Notes: generated from the sequence alone by a model not told the origin. A stretch of 64,000 bases of DNA from Octopus bimaculoides (GCF_001194135.2 NC_069003.1:21418722-21482721), one strand, 5' to 3'. Positions 37,139-48,940 are shown, counted from the first letter of the stretch. Made by a program: numbers and translations.

Positions 37139-38460
37139 TAACATGGAATGTATGTTTCCACTTCATGTATTTGTATATGTGTATACACTTGTGTGTGTGT
37201 TTATAAGTATGTACATTTATGCATATATACAATAGTGTATGTATATGTTTGAGTATACATGCTTGTGGCATTAGTACGTGTCTATATTCAGGTATGTTTC
37301 TATGAAAGAAGGTACAGTGTATGTGTGTGTATGTGAGAAGAGAGAAGGCACATACACATGTGAGCATGTGTATATGTGTGGCGATAAAATGCCACAGCAA
37401 CCCATCTTTCTCTCTCACCAAGTTGCTGCTTCTCTCTTCTGACTGACATTAAAAGAAAATCAATGGAACAGGAAGAAATAAAGAGAGAAAAGCTTGAAGA
37501 TGGAGAGGCAGTGGAGATGATGATGATAGTGATGATGATAATGATGGCGATGATGATAACAGTGGTGGTGATGATGGTGATGATGATAATGGTGGTGGTG
37601 GTGGTGATGAAGATGATGAGATGGTGATGAAACTGTTAGTGACTGTATGTAATAAAGAATGTCTGTGCAAGTATTATAAGTGTATGTATGTGTATGCATG
37701 TGTGTGTGTGTGTGTGTGTGAGCACGTGTACTTGTACATGTGCATTTGGGTGTTTGGTTGTATGTGTACAAGTATCTGTATAGGGCATGTAATTGTGTTT
37801 ATATATCTATATGTGCATGGGTATTGGTACATGTGTATAGGTATCTGCATATGTGTATCTAAATATGGGTGTGCATGTTTATAAGATTGTGCATTCATAT
37901 GCTTTTATCTATGTGTATGTATCTCTCTCTCTCATATATATATATATATATGTGCATTTATGGATACCTATATATGTGCAAGTGTGGGCATGTATGTATA
38001 TTAATGTATAAGTATGTAGTATGTGCATATACATATATATGCACATATACAGATACCTCTCTCTCTCTCTATATATATATATATATGCACATATACAGAT
38101 ACCTATATANNNNNNNNNNNNNNNNNNNNNNNNNNNNNNNNNNNNNNNNNNNNNNNNNNNNNNNNNNNNNNNNNNNNNNNNNNNNNNNNNNNNNNNNNNN
38201 NNNNNNNNNNNNNNNNNNNNNNNNNNNNNNNNNNNNNNNNNNNNNNNNNNNNNNNNNNNNNNNNNNNNNNNNNNNNNNNNNNNNNNNNNNNNNNNNNNNN
38301 NNNNNNNNNNNNNNNNNNNNNNNNNNNNNNNNNNNNNNNNNNNNNNNNNNNNNNNNNNNNNNNNNNNNNNNNNNNNNNNNNNNNNNNNNNNNNNNNNNNN
38401 NNNNNNNNNNNNNNNNNNNNNNNNNNNNNNNNNNNNNNNNNNNNNNNNNNNNNNNNNNNN

Positions 38461-38501
<41 letters not shown>

Positions 38502-38518
38502 CATACATATACATACAT

Positions 38519-38565
<47 letters not shown>

Positions 38566-38738
38566 TAGAGAGCTCCATTACTGCTATCATTTGGAAATCA
38601 ATCTCCACTCAATATAGATATTAATAACAAAAACAGGAACAGAAGCCACAAAAGGTGCAACTGATAGGAGGATGTGATACCCGAGTTGGCACACACACAC
38701 ACACACACACAAAGACAATAATAAAGGAACCACTACAC

Positions 38739-38993
38739 CAGTGTTTCTCAACCACTTTTTAATTATAGACCCCCCTCTGATACCTATTTTACTCAGTAGA
38801 CCCTTCAAGCTATTCAATGTTTAAAAGGTCAGATTATATTTTGAGAATTAAATGTTAGAAATTGCATTAAAAATTTGTTGTTCAAATATCTTGTGTTTTG
38901 TAGAAGTATAACCAATGTATTTCAATTAAATTTTCACAATGAAATCTTACATGGACCTCCAAGGGCCATATGGACCCTTGATGAGAATCACTG
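38739..38993. mobile_element. hAT-type MITE (CAG...CTG termini)
   Basis: cagtgtttctcaacc / gatgagaatcactg ends; homologous inverted copy at 41265-41545 and a fragment at 29545-29612. Confidence 0.7.
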
Positions 38994-38999
38994 CACATA

Positions 39000-39219
39000 G
39001 TTGCTCAGCCCTTGGTCAGCAGCTTTGACTGAGTAAAATCTATGATCATAGACAGTCTAACCATGCCACTCCAGTTGTTCAGTTTCAGCTAGTTTATATA
39101 CCAAGCTCTCGTTATCCAATAGAGATTTCATTTTTTAAAAATATGACAAGGTATATTTAGAGGGAGATTTGGCTGCTATTTTTAGCAAGGACAAGCAAAA
39201 ATTCCCTCAATGACATGCC
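39000..39219 (-). mobile_element. (CAA)n-tailed element with HDV-like head (P3/L3 deleted)
   Basis: Minus strand: P1 GGCAUGU/GCUUGUC, P2 GAGGGA/UCCCUC, P4 UUGCUA-AAAA-UAGCAG, J4/2 CCAAA. Confidence 0.65.
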
Positions 39220-39348
39220 TCTGCTTGGTCGTTCTTCTGGCTACAAACATTGGCTAAAAATCTCTCTAAAAACACAACCTAAGATCTTTAAGAAAAAGAA
39301 GGACATTTTGGATAATGTAATCCTAAATACGCTAATGTAGTTGCAGGT

Positions 39349-39520
39349 AGGCACAGGAGTGGCTGTGTGGTAAGTAGCTTGCTTACCAACTGCATGGTTC
39401 CGGGTTCATTCCCACTGCATGGCACCTTGGGCAAGTGTCTTCTACTATAGCCTCGGGCCGACCAAAGCCTTGTGAGTGGATTTGGTAGACAGAAACTGAA
39501 AGAAGCCCTTCGTATATATG

Positions 39521-39551
<31 letters not shown>

Positions 39552-39770
39552 GTATGTGTTTGTGTGTCTGTGTTTGTCTCCCAACATCGCTTGACAACTG
39601 ATGCTAGTGTGTCTACGTCCCCATAACTTAGCGGTTCAGCAAAAGAGACCGATAGAATAAGCACTAGGCTTACAAAGAATAAGTCCTGGGGTCAATCTGC
39701 TCGACTAAAGGTGGTGCTCCAGCATGGCCACAGTCAAATGACTGAAACAAGTAAAAGAGAGTAAAGAGTA
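39349..39770 (+). mobile_element. SINE family 1, young, inserted in a plus-strand copy of the (CAA)n-tailed element (39240-39860)
   Basis: Nearly identical to 10836-11241. Confidence 0.9.
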
Positions 39771-39965
39771 GGTCTGAAAAGTTATGTTGGGCACGGCTGG
39801 CACAAGTTTGATCATAGATCTATACAATTAAGGCTGACTTGGGGCTAAGCATCAACAACAGTATCACACATATTTGTGTCTTCTTCATTTGTATGACCAC
39901 CCTGTGCTTAAGAGGACTGGTTTGTATTCTCTAGTGAAAATCCCAAATCAAGTACAGACTGTTTG

Positions 39966-40184
39966 TTAACTCTTTAGTATTTAAACTGGCCATATCTAGC
40001 CTAAATATCTGTTTTACGTTCAAACCAACCAGATCCTGCCTCTCACACCCACCCTACAATGTTACTCTAAAAATAAGCAATCACATCATTGAAATCTCAA
40101 AGCTATGAGATAAGACATGATTAATTGAAAGCAGTATGAATAAGTATTACATTTGACAGAGTAATCCAAATATTAAAGGGTTAA
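39966..40184 (-). mobile_element. MITE family A
   Basis: TTAA at both ends (39966-39969, 40181-40184); body is the reverse complement of 18936-19156. Confidence 0.85.
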
Positions 40185-40555
40185 GGAAGTCACCAAGGGT
40201 CAATTTGGTGATCCCATGGAGTAGGAAAGAATTAGATTTATATTGCAACATCATCACACAACAACGGGCCTCCCCTCCTCTTTCTATCAGTTCCATCCTT
40301 CTGGTTAGGTTGGGAAACAGTTATCCAGGATTAGAAACTGAAAGTCAAAGAGGGAGCTGCTATGTGGTCACATGATCTACTAGAACTAGCAGGCAAATCT
40401 CCTTCCCTCCCCACTCCAAAAATATGGAAGGACATAATGTAATCCAGGACAAAAGCTGATTATAGATAATCAAATTAAACAAAAAAAATGAAAATCTTAC
40501 ATGCCTAATATTATATCCCCTTTTCTTATACATAAATAAATATACATGTGTGTAT

Positions 40556-40660
40556 GCAGGTAACTCTTGACATAAACACCAACACTAGTTGTCAAATGAT
40601 GGTGGGAAACAAACACAGAGACACACACACATCTACACACACACACACACACACACATAT

Positions 40661-40713
<53 letters not shown>

Positions 40714-40883
40714 CATACATACACACACACACACAATGGGCTTCTTTCAGTTTCCATCTACCAAATTCACTCACAAGGCTTTGGTCAGCCTGAGGCTACA
40801 GTAGAAGACTAGCCTACGGAGCCATGCAGTCAGACTGAACCTGGAGCCATGTAGTTGGGAAGCAAGCTTCTTACCACACAGCC
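40556..40883 (-). mobile_element. SINE family 1
   Basis: Reverse-complement head, (CA)n and body. Confidence 0.8.
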
Positions 40884-41264
40884 AATATGTATGATTATAT
40901 AATACCAAGTGGCAAAAAATGCCGTCATAGATCCATTACACTGTTGAAAGAGAGCAGAGATATACTAAACCTTTTCTCAGTCAAGCCATGCCCACAATAT
41001 TTATTTATGTTGCCCTTGGTTACACAATATCAATGAAATAAACCACCCATCAAAAATTTGATAACCAAGTAAACATTTACTTTTAATTATAAATAGTGTG
41101 ACTGTGAGAAACTCCTGGTCAATATGGTAACAGCTTTTCTTTAAACTATACAAATGTAACGATGGTTCGTTAGAGATTTTGTATGGCCTACTTTGTTCAT
41201 CAGTGGAGTAGATTATAAATGATAAGGTCATAAATATATAACAAAACACATTGATGCCTTAGAA

Positions 41265-41545
41265 AAACGGTTCTCAACCAGGGTTCATATGGCCTTTGAG
41301 GGTCCACATAAGATTTTTTCTTGTAAAAATTTACATGCAATAAATTACTTATTGCTTATAAATACATAAAATATTTACTAAAATACATAAAATATTTTTT
41401 ATTTCTTTTTTATACAGTTCCTAATAATATTTACTTGTACAAAACAGCAAGATGTTTTTTTATATACAGTGAATGGCTATGGGGGTCCAGTAGAGTAAAA
41501 TAGGGATCAAAGGGGACCCTAAGCAAAAATGATTGAGAACCTCTA
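41265..41545. mobile_element. hAT-type MITE, same family as 38739-38993
   Basis: ggttctcaacc ... gattgagaacct termini; shared internal sequence. Confidence 0.65.
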
Positions 41546-41595
41546 CCATACAACAATATTATCAAATGTAACAATGATGAAAGAGAGAGAAAGTA

Positions 41596-41626
<31 letters not shown>

Positions 41627-42937
41627 CTTCTATTGTTACACCTCCTCTTAGTTCACTAATCTCATTCTTATCCTTCAGCTACCATCTTGCCTCAGTTTTT
41701 CCCTCTACCTCACTCTCACCAGTTTCTCTTCTTTCCATTTCTCTTTCCTTCTCCCTCTCACACAGATTTTTCTCTCCTACTTCTTCCTGCCTACATATAA
41801 AGCTCTCAGTGTCTTGTGTTTTCCATCAGTTGCAGCCAGTTTCTCAAACAGAACATATAAAACCTTGCTTTCATTTTTTAATTTTTTTATTTCCCTTCTG
41901 TCATCTTAACCCTGAAGAAGGGATCTGTCCAAAATATCAGATACAACACACCCCATGGCAATTTCACTGTACTCTTTCTGTCACTTTTTCTATATACATA
42001 TATATATACACCTGTTTGTTGTCTAGACACCTGCCTTCGTCTTTTGTTTTTTCTTTGTAAATTCCAACTATACACACACACACACACCATATTTGCTCAT
42101 GTATAAATTGCACTATTTTGCATTTGATTTTAACTGAAACATCTTGGACATGACATAACTGAGGCAAAGTTAAAACTAAGACGGGGAAAAGTTTTGTAAC
42201 AAGATATAACAATCAGTGATGCAATTTATACATGAATAAATACAATATATATATATATGTATTTTAAATGGTTATTGTGACACTTCCTAGATGCAGTTGT
42301 CCCTCATCATTCTTGTGTTCTTTTGCTGGTTCACTCATTGGATTAGAAAAATGAGACAGAGTGTTGTGTTCACAATAATACAGTCATGAAATTCAATTTC
42401 TGAAATTGGGCAGCATGTTATCTCCTTGAGCAAGGCACTTCATTTGTTTTTGTTCCAAGCTACTCAGCAGCTGAACTGATTCCCACCTCTCTCCCTCTCT
42501 AGCTGTCACATCGCAAATGTTCAGCTGAGTCAATGTTATCTATATCTGCTCACAACTACGTTGGTTCCTAATGCAATTTACAAAAGACATGGCACATGCT
42601 GCCAAGTCACACTCTCTCACAAGTGGCAGCTGTAGATTTCTTTTAGTATTTTTCTGTTTCAACATTTAGCAAAATGGTGGCAGTCACATTGTTTGGCTTA
42701 ATGACTTTTTTGTTACGTGCTTCTCATTAATTTTTTCCTTAAAATCTCATAGATCTGCCAGTTTCTAACACTAATTATGTTTTGGAGACTTCTATTACGT
42801 AAAACATTTAATCACCAATAGTCACGTGCCACCAACATACTTCAAACTCTGGCTCACAGCTAATTTGTCACCTTACTCTACTTTTTCTACTTCTACTACA
42901 ACGGTCTATGCTCCATGGGGTTGGTTAGTAACATACT

Positions 42938-43179
42938 TATTTCTTTACTTCTTTATTGCCCACAAGAGGCTAAACATAGAGGGGACAAACAAGGACAGAC
43001 AAAGGGATTAAGTCGATTACATCGACCCCAATGCGTAACTGGTAATTTATTTATCGACCCTGAAAGGATGAAAGGCAAAGTCGACCTCGGCGGAATTTGA
43101 ACTCAGAACGTAACGGCAGACGAAATACTGCTAAGCATTTCGCCCGGCGTGCTAACGTTTCTGCCAGCTCACCGCCTTA
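42938..43179 (-). mobile_element. SINE family 2, full length, with 14-bp TSD
   Basis: TSD gttagtaacatact at 42924-42937 and 43180-43193; CpG-rich. Confidence 0.95.
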
Positions 43180-43569
43180 GTTAGTAACATACTACCATGC
43201 CACCACCTTCTCCAACTCCATCCAACACACTTCTTGTCTCCATTCATTTTTATCACCCCAACCCATACAGTATTTTGACCACTGTCATACCACCAAACTT
43301 GGTGTTTTCAGCTGATCTACATTAAAATCTTCCATCAAAATTTCATGTTAACTTATGTTCCAGAAACCAGCTTAATAATGACAGTTATTCTACCAAATTC
43401 TTCTTTATTTTTGAAATTAAACAAAAGAAAGCAGTGTATTTTAGTAGAATTATGGTAACAAATGAGTTAAAATAATCTAAATTAAAACCTTCTTCTATCA
43501 AAGTTTCACATTAATTTATGTTCCAAACAACTGCTTAATAATAATAGTAATGTTTTTGTTTTCTTTTTC

Positions 43570-44190
43570 TTTCTTTTGCTTGTTTCAGTCATTAGACTGC
43601 AGCCATGCTGGGGCACCACTTTCAGGGATTTTAGTCAAACAAATCAAACTTGCAACTTATTTTTCTAAAGCCTAGTATTTATTCTATCAGTCTCTTTTAC
43701 TGAACTGCTAAGTTATGGGTACATAAACACACCACCACTGGTTGTTAAGTGGTAGTGGGGGACAAACACTGATGAAAACACACACATATATACACACAGA
43801 TGGGCTTCTTTCAGTTTCTTATTTCTTTATTGCCAACAAGGGGCTAAACATAGTGGGCACAAACAAGGACAAAGGGATTAAGTCGATTGCATCAACCCCA
43901 GTGCATAACTGGTACTTAATTTATCGACCCTGAAAAGATGAAAGGCAAAGTTGACCTCGGCAGAATTTGAACTCAGAACGTAACAGCAGACGAAATATTG
44001 CTAAGCATTTCGCCCGGCATGCTAATGTTTCTGCTTCTTTCAGTTTCTGTCTATCAAATCCACTCACAAGGCTTTGGTCAACTTGAGGTTACAGCAGAAG
44101 ACACTTGCCCAAGGTGTTACACAGTGGGACTGAACCTGGAACAATTTGGTTGGGAAGCAAGCTTCTCACCACAGCTGTACCTGCACTTAC
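43570..44190 (-). mobile_element. SINE family 1 interrupted by a 5'-truncated SINE family 2 (43820-44033)
   Basis: 15-bp TSD cttctttcagtttct at 43805-43819 and 44034-44048. Confidence 0.9.
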
Positions 44191-44389
44191 TAAATTCTTC
44201 ATTATTTCCAAATTCAATTGAAGCAAAGGCAATATATTTCAACAGAAATATGGTAGCAAAAGGAGTTACAGAAAAACTTTCACTCTCAGAAATTTAAAAA
44301 AATAAAATCAGAGATGGGGGAGGAGAAAAGATTTTTTAAATGGGGGCGGGGGGTTTAAACTAAGAAATAACAAAGAATTGGTAATTTAC

Positions 44390-44491
44390 CTGTACTTGGA
44401 ATATATGTTGAGTGTCATCAAGCATTTTAACTCGAAGGTTGATTAGTTTACCCTTACGAGGGGATTTTGGTGAAATAGTATCTGCTGCCAT
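44390..44491 (-). CDS. FARP1/2: FARP-family FERM protein, first coding exon: MAADTISPKSPRKGKLINLRVKMLDDTQHIFQVQ
   Basis: ATG at 44491-44489 with an in-frame stop 18 nt upstream; gtaaat donor; phase 0; GKL..L.V.MLDDTQ..F.V is the FARP/FRMD7 FERM N-terminus. Confidence 0.93.
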
Positions 44492-44711
44492 TGTAGAATC
44501 TGTTAATTACTCTTTTATCTCTTTCTTTCTTTCTATCCTTTTTGTTCTTGTTTTCTTTTCTTCTTCTTCAGTGAAATGACTTCTATTTTATTTTTTTTTT
44601 TTTTTTTTTTTTTGATAATTTATTTTCTTCCCCCTTTTCTTTCCAATTCCGTCTGGATAACTTTTACTAAGGAAATTTCATTTTCTTCTTTTTTTTAATA
44701 CCTTGAGAGCC
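44492..44711 (-). other. Putative 5' UTR part of the first coding exon
   Basis: Strong acceptor tttttttcctttttgcag at 44712-44735 implies an upstream non-coding exon; purine-rich UTR containing uORF MKFP* (44667-44681). Confidence 0.65.
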
Positions 44712-46523
44712 CTGCAAAAAGGAAAAAAAAAAAAATTATTAGCAAAAGTAAAAAAAAAAATCTTAAAACAAAAATAAAAAACAAAAAAAATGAAACAGTT
44801 TCATAGACAGAAATGAAGTTCAACAATCCTATTGTTTCATTGTTGTCATTTAATGTCTACTTTTCCATGTTTGCAGGGGTCAGACCAGATTTGCTGAGTC
44901 AGATTTTCTACAGCCAGATGCTCTTCCTCTCACCAACTCTTACCTGTTTCCAAGCAAGGTAGTATTTACCCATGGTAAGACAAGTTTTACATGGAAAACT
45001 AGAAATCAACATCCTCACTTGTATGACAGTGCTCATTGACAACCATTACATGTCAAAAGAAGGGTGCACAGACTCATGCACACACACACGACAGGCTTCT
45101 TTCAGTTTCCATCTCTCAAACCCACTCGCATGGCTTTAGTCGGTTCAGGGCTACAGTAGAAGATACTTGACCAAGATGCTGCATAGCAGGACTCAAGCTA
45201 AGACATCACAGTTAGGAAGCAAGCTCTTTAACTATGCAACCAGCCCGTGCTTATGCCATTTGTATTTCCTACGCTGCATTACTACCAATTTGAAAATGGT
45301 TTTGTGGCATCTTACCTCTGCCTTCCTCTGAGTGGATTTGGTAAACAGAAACTGAAAGAAGAGGCTTATCATGTATGTGTGAATTTATCTGAGTGTGTAC
45401 ATATACATAAATGTGTCTATATGTGTGTATGTGTATGTATGCACATGTGCATGTCTCTGTGTTAGTTTACATTTATTGTTCTCCAAAAATTGCAAACTAC
45501 AAGCAGTGTTGTTGTTGCCATTCCCCTGTCACCAAACAGCCTGCTGGAGTTGTGCCTTTAAAGATATGTGAAATAAGAGATTCCTTATTTGAAAAACATG
45601 TGTTAGCAACAGGAAGAGCATCTGGCTGTAAAACAATGCCTGAACGATATATTCATCTAATCTATGCAAGCTGGGGAAAAATGTATGTTAAATACGAGAG
45701 AATGAACATATGTATGTACATATTTATTTATTTATGGGTTTCAGCCAAGTGGCTGCAGTCATGCTGGAGTACCACACACAAAATAAAAATTGTGCCAGAA
45801 AAGTGTGACATACAACCAAAAGGTGGAGACACAGTAGGAATGTTCCATACACCACTTTTTTGTTTAGTATGGTTTGACAAACTATTATAACATGAGATAA
45901 GCTAGTGTGAAGAATCTGTACAGTCATACTGAAAAAGGGAACAGAGAAAGTCTAACTGGTATTTTATGCTTTATATAACGTACATGTTTCATTAAGCTGA
46001 CTGCCATTATTACGTAATCCAGCTGGCCCCATCACATAACACAATATAGTTTGTTCACTTCATCTGTATTATCAGCAAAAATACACACACACACACACAC
46101 ACATGAAATATTTGTTTTGCTTGGGCACAAGTTACCCCTTTATTAAAGTGTCAACTGAATCAGCAATAAATTTTTATTCTAAAATGCAGGTAAGAGATTC
46201 CCAATACTTAGCTTATGGTTAAAACAGTTTACAATGAAATATTCTGCTGACCAAAAGCCCAATAAAAATGGATTTCAACTCACAAATGATGTGCAGGCAA
46301 TATCAAGGCCTTAACCATGTAGCCACTATTAGCTTCATGTCTACTATCAAGTAAATGTGCCCCTGAATATTTAGCTTTAACCCTTTCAATGGCATACATC
46401 TAATGAAATACACTACTTATGTGATACAGTTCTATATTTAAGAGATGAGGAATTATGTACATCATTTACACTATTTACATTATTTATATTTGACGGATAT
46501 TTGTCCTCATCTTGTTTGTTGTT

Positions 46524-46569
46524 AACACAACGTTTCAGCTGATACACCCTCTAGCCTTCATCAGGTGGC
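46524..46569 (-). ncRNA. Minimal type I hammerhead ribozyme motif (left arm, slightly decayed)
   Basis: GCCAC-CUGAUGA-A-GGCUA(gagggtgtat)CAGCU-GAAA-CG-UU-GUGUU. Confidence 0.55.
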
Positions 46570-46796
46570 TTGGGGAAATTTTGAACCTGGGTTCTCATTC
46601 CTAAGGTATTTTTTGATGTTATTATTATTATTATTAGTAAAGTCACTGCCTGGAATTGAACTCGGAATTTTGGGGTTAGGAGCACGGGCTACTGACCCCA
46701 AGATTCTGAGTTCGATTCCAGGTAGTGACCTTAATAATAATAACAACATCAAAAAATACCTTAGGAATGAGCACCCAGGTTCAAAATTTCCCCCAA

Positions 46797-46842
46797 GACA
46801 CCTGATGAAGGCTGGAGGGTATATCAGCCGAAACGTTGTGTT
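46797..46842 (+). ncRNA. Minimal type I hammerhead ribozyme motif (right arm)
   Basis: Stem I GACAC/GUGUU; core CUGAUGA (46802-46808); stem II GGCUG/CAGCC; GAAA (46830-46833); palindromic AACGUU stem III; predicted cleavage after GUU at 46837. Confidence 0.7.
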
Positions 46843-46945
46843 AACAACAAACAAGATGAGGACAAATATCCATCAAATATAAATAATGTAAATAGTGTAA
46901 ATAATGTACTAGTTATGTGGTTCAATAATGTTTGAAAATAACACA

Positions 46946-47230
46946 TTAACTGCCACATGTATCACTGGTGGTACATTGCAAACTTCAAACAACTGCCATA
47001 TACACCACCTGTGGTATATTTTTGTAATTTGAGAAAATATTTTATTCTGTATCTTTGACATGGTTTTGAGGATATCTGAATAATATGGAATAGTGAATAT
47101 TAAAATCTAATTATGAAATATTGCAAAAATGCAAAATAATTATATTTCCTTGTAATTAAACAGTATACCGTGTGACTGGGTGAAATATGTGGCGTCACTG
47201 TAAGTTCCAATAAAATGTTGTGGCAGTTGA
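46946..47230. mobile_element. Possible MITE
   Basis: ttaactgccaca / tgtggcagttga termini (10-bp core). Confidence 0.35.
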
Positions 47231-47419
47231 TGTGATAAAAATTAGAATTTAATAAAATAATTTTTTCCTTAATTGATATATTAAGTTAGTGTTTGAAACC
47301 TAACTTAATAAAAGATATATATATATATATAAAATTCCTGATTTATTATTTGTCCTCAATAGTTGAAGGTCGCTGTGTAGAAGTTACTCAAAGAATAGAT
47401 AAGGTTAAAACTATGTTTA

Positions 47420-48262
47420 TAAGAATGTGGCTCTTCCTCCTCCCCCTTTCACCTAGCACCAGTCTTGGGGGTTCTGAAAATGTCAGAGGCACTACCATTC
47501 TCCCTTTAACTGTCTAAAACCATTAAATCTTTCAATACCAACTGGTTTGAATCCACCTCTAGACATAAGAAACAGAACCCCACTTTTTGATTTTTGAAAT
47601 ATTCATACTGAAATTAAAACCTTCACCTTAAAAGACCTAAAATTGAGGCTAATCATGCTCTATAGAGCGAAAACTTGGACAATGTAGTGAACAAGGGAGA
47701 AGAAGATAGATGTATTCGAGAGGTGTATCTTTCATGGGTGGGGCAGAATAAGCTGGTAAAACAAAACCAAACAAAATAACAAATGCCACAATACTAGAAA
47801 AGCTGAAAGTCCAAAGATACCTACTGTCAAGAAACAAGTTCACAACGTTATATTTTGGACATATAAGGCACCATAGGTCATTGTCCAAGACCAGCCTGAG
47901 TGGAAACGAAGAAGGGAAGAGAGCAAGAGACTGTCAAGGACATTTGTGGAATGACGGCATCAAAAAATAGACCAAAAACAAGAACAGCATAACTCAGAGG
48001 GGAATGGAGAGTTTGGACAAGAAGGGTAGTTGGTTGATGGCAGATGATATAAAATTATGATGGAAGGTTTTAGTTTTAATATGAATATTTCAAAGACCAA
48101 AAAGGATGGGTTTGTTTCTTATGTCTAGAAGTAGATTCAAACAGTATTGAAAGGTTTAAATGGTTTTAGACAGTTAAAGGGGGAATGGTAGTGCCTCTGA
48201 CATTTGCAGAGCCTCCAAGACTAATGCTAGGTGAAAGGGAGAGGAGAAATAACCATATTTCT
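47420..48262. repeat. ~190-bp inverted repeat pair (47435-47625 / 48062-48247) around an RTE fragment
   Basis: Arms align over their length with scattered substitutions and small indels (about 85% by eye). Confidence 0.9.
47650..48040 (+). mobile_element. RTE LINE ORF2 C-terminal remnant
   Basis: KTWT..KKIDVFER..RISW..YFGHIR..GKRAR..W.DGIK motifs. Confidence 0.8.
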
Positions 48263-48749
48263 GTGGTTGTTAGAAGTGGAAGTAATACATCGAGATATCA
48301 AGGAATCTATGAACAAAAGAGAAACCTGAAGCCCAATTCTTGTAACAAAGAAGGCTTTGCTAAAAGTAGTGGTGGTGGTGGTGGTGGTGGTGGTGGTAGT
48401 GATGATGGGAGAATGGTGATGATGGTGGTGACAGTAGTGGTGGTGGTGGTGATAGTTAACCCTGGTTAAGAATCAGATTTACCATTACCAATATATATAT
48501 ATATGTTATTGATCCCTGCAAGAATGATGAAGAATACAAAGTGACCTTCATCACAGCGGAATACTATCCCATAATGCTATTGATTCTCTCTGCATCTTGT
48601 CTGCCAGTAATCCATAAATAATCTTCCTCTACATCCTGACCAACCAGACTAGCATTAGAAACAGTCTTGATAATGACTTTTTATTAATTATATTTACCAA
48701 TAACTCGTTATCTACAAGATTGCATTACAACACAAATAACAGCAAGCAC

Positions 48750-48940
48750 AAGTCAACCAAAGAGCTTCTACACGCACCCTTGATTTGCTAGAAATAGCAA
48801 TCATATGCTCGAAAAATCATATCTATTATCCTAAAAGAAAAAGACAAATCCTCTCTGGAAAGACAGGAGGGTCATGGTTAGAATGTCTTTGATTATAAAT
48901 TTGCTCAGCCAGGGTGGATCTTTGGTTGAACATACAGCAC
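48750..48940 (+). mobile_element. (CAA)n-tailed element
   Basis: ttgcta-gaaa-tagcaa hairpin (48785-48800) and ggtcatggttagaatgtctttgatt tail. Confidence 0.6.

Larger units (their letters stand above)
46424..46909. mobile_element. Palindromic Penelope-like/retrozyme-like non-autonomous element
   Basis: Inverted arms of about 215 bp (46457-46679 / 46690-46909); candidate 10-bp TSD tacttatgtg / tagttatgtg (46414-46423, 46910-46919); inserted in a MITE B fragment. Confidence 0.8.

Noticed and set aside
38731-39001. 8-bp TSD for the hAT-type MITE
   Set aside because: The flanks cactacac and cacatagt do not match, so the hAT assignment rests on the termini only.
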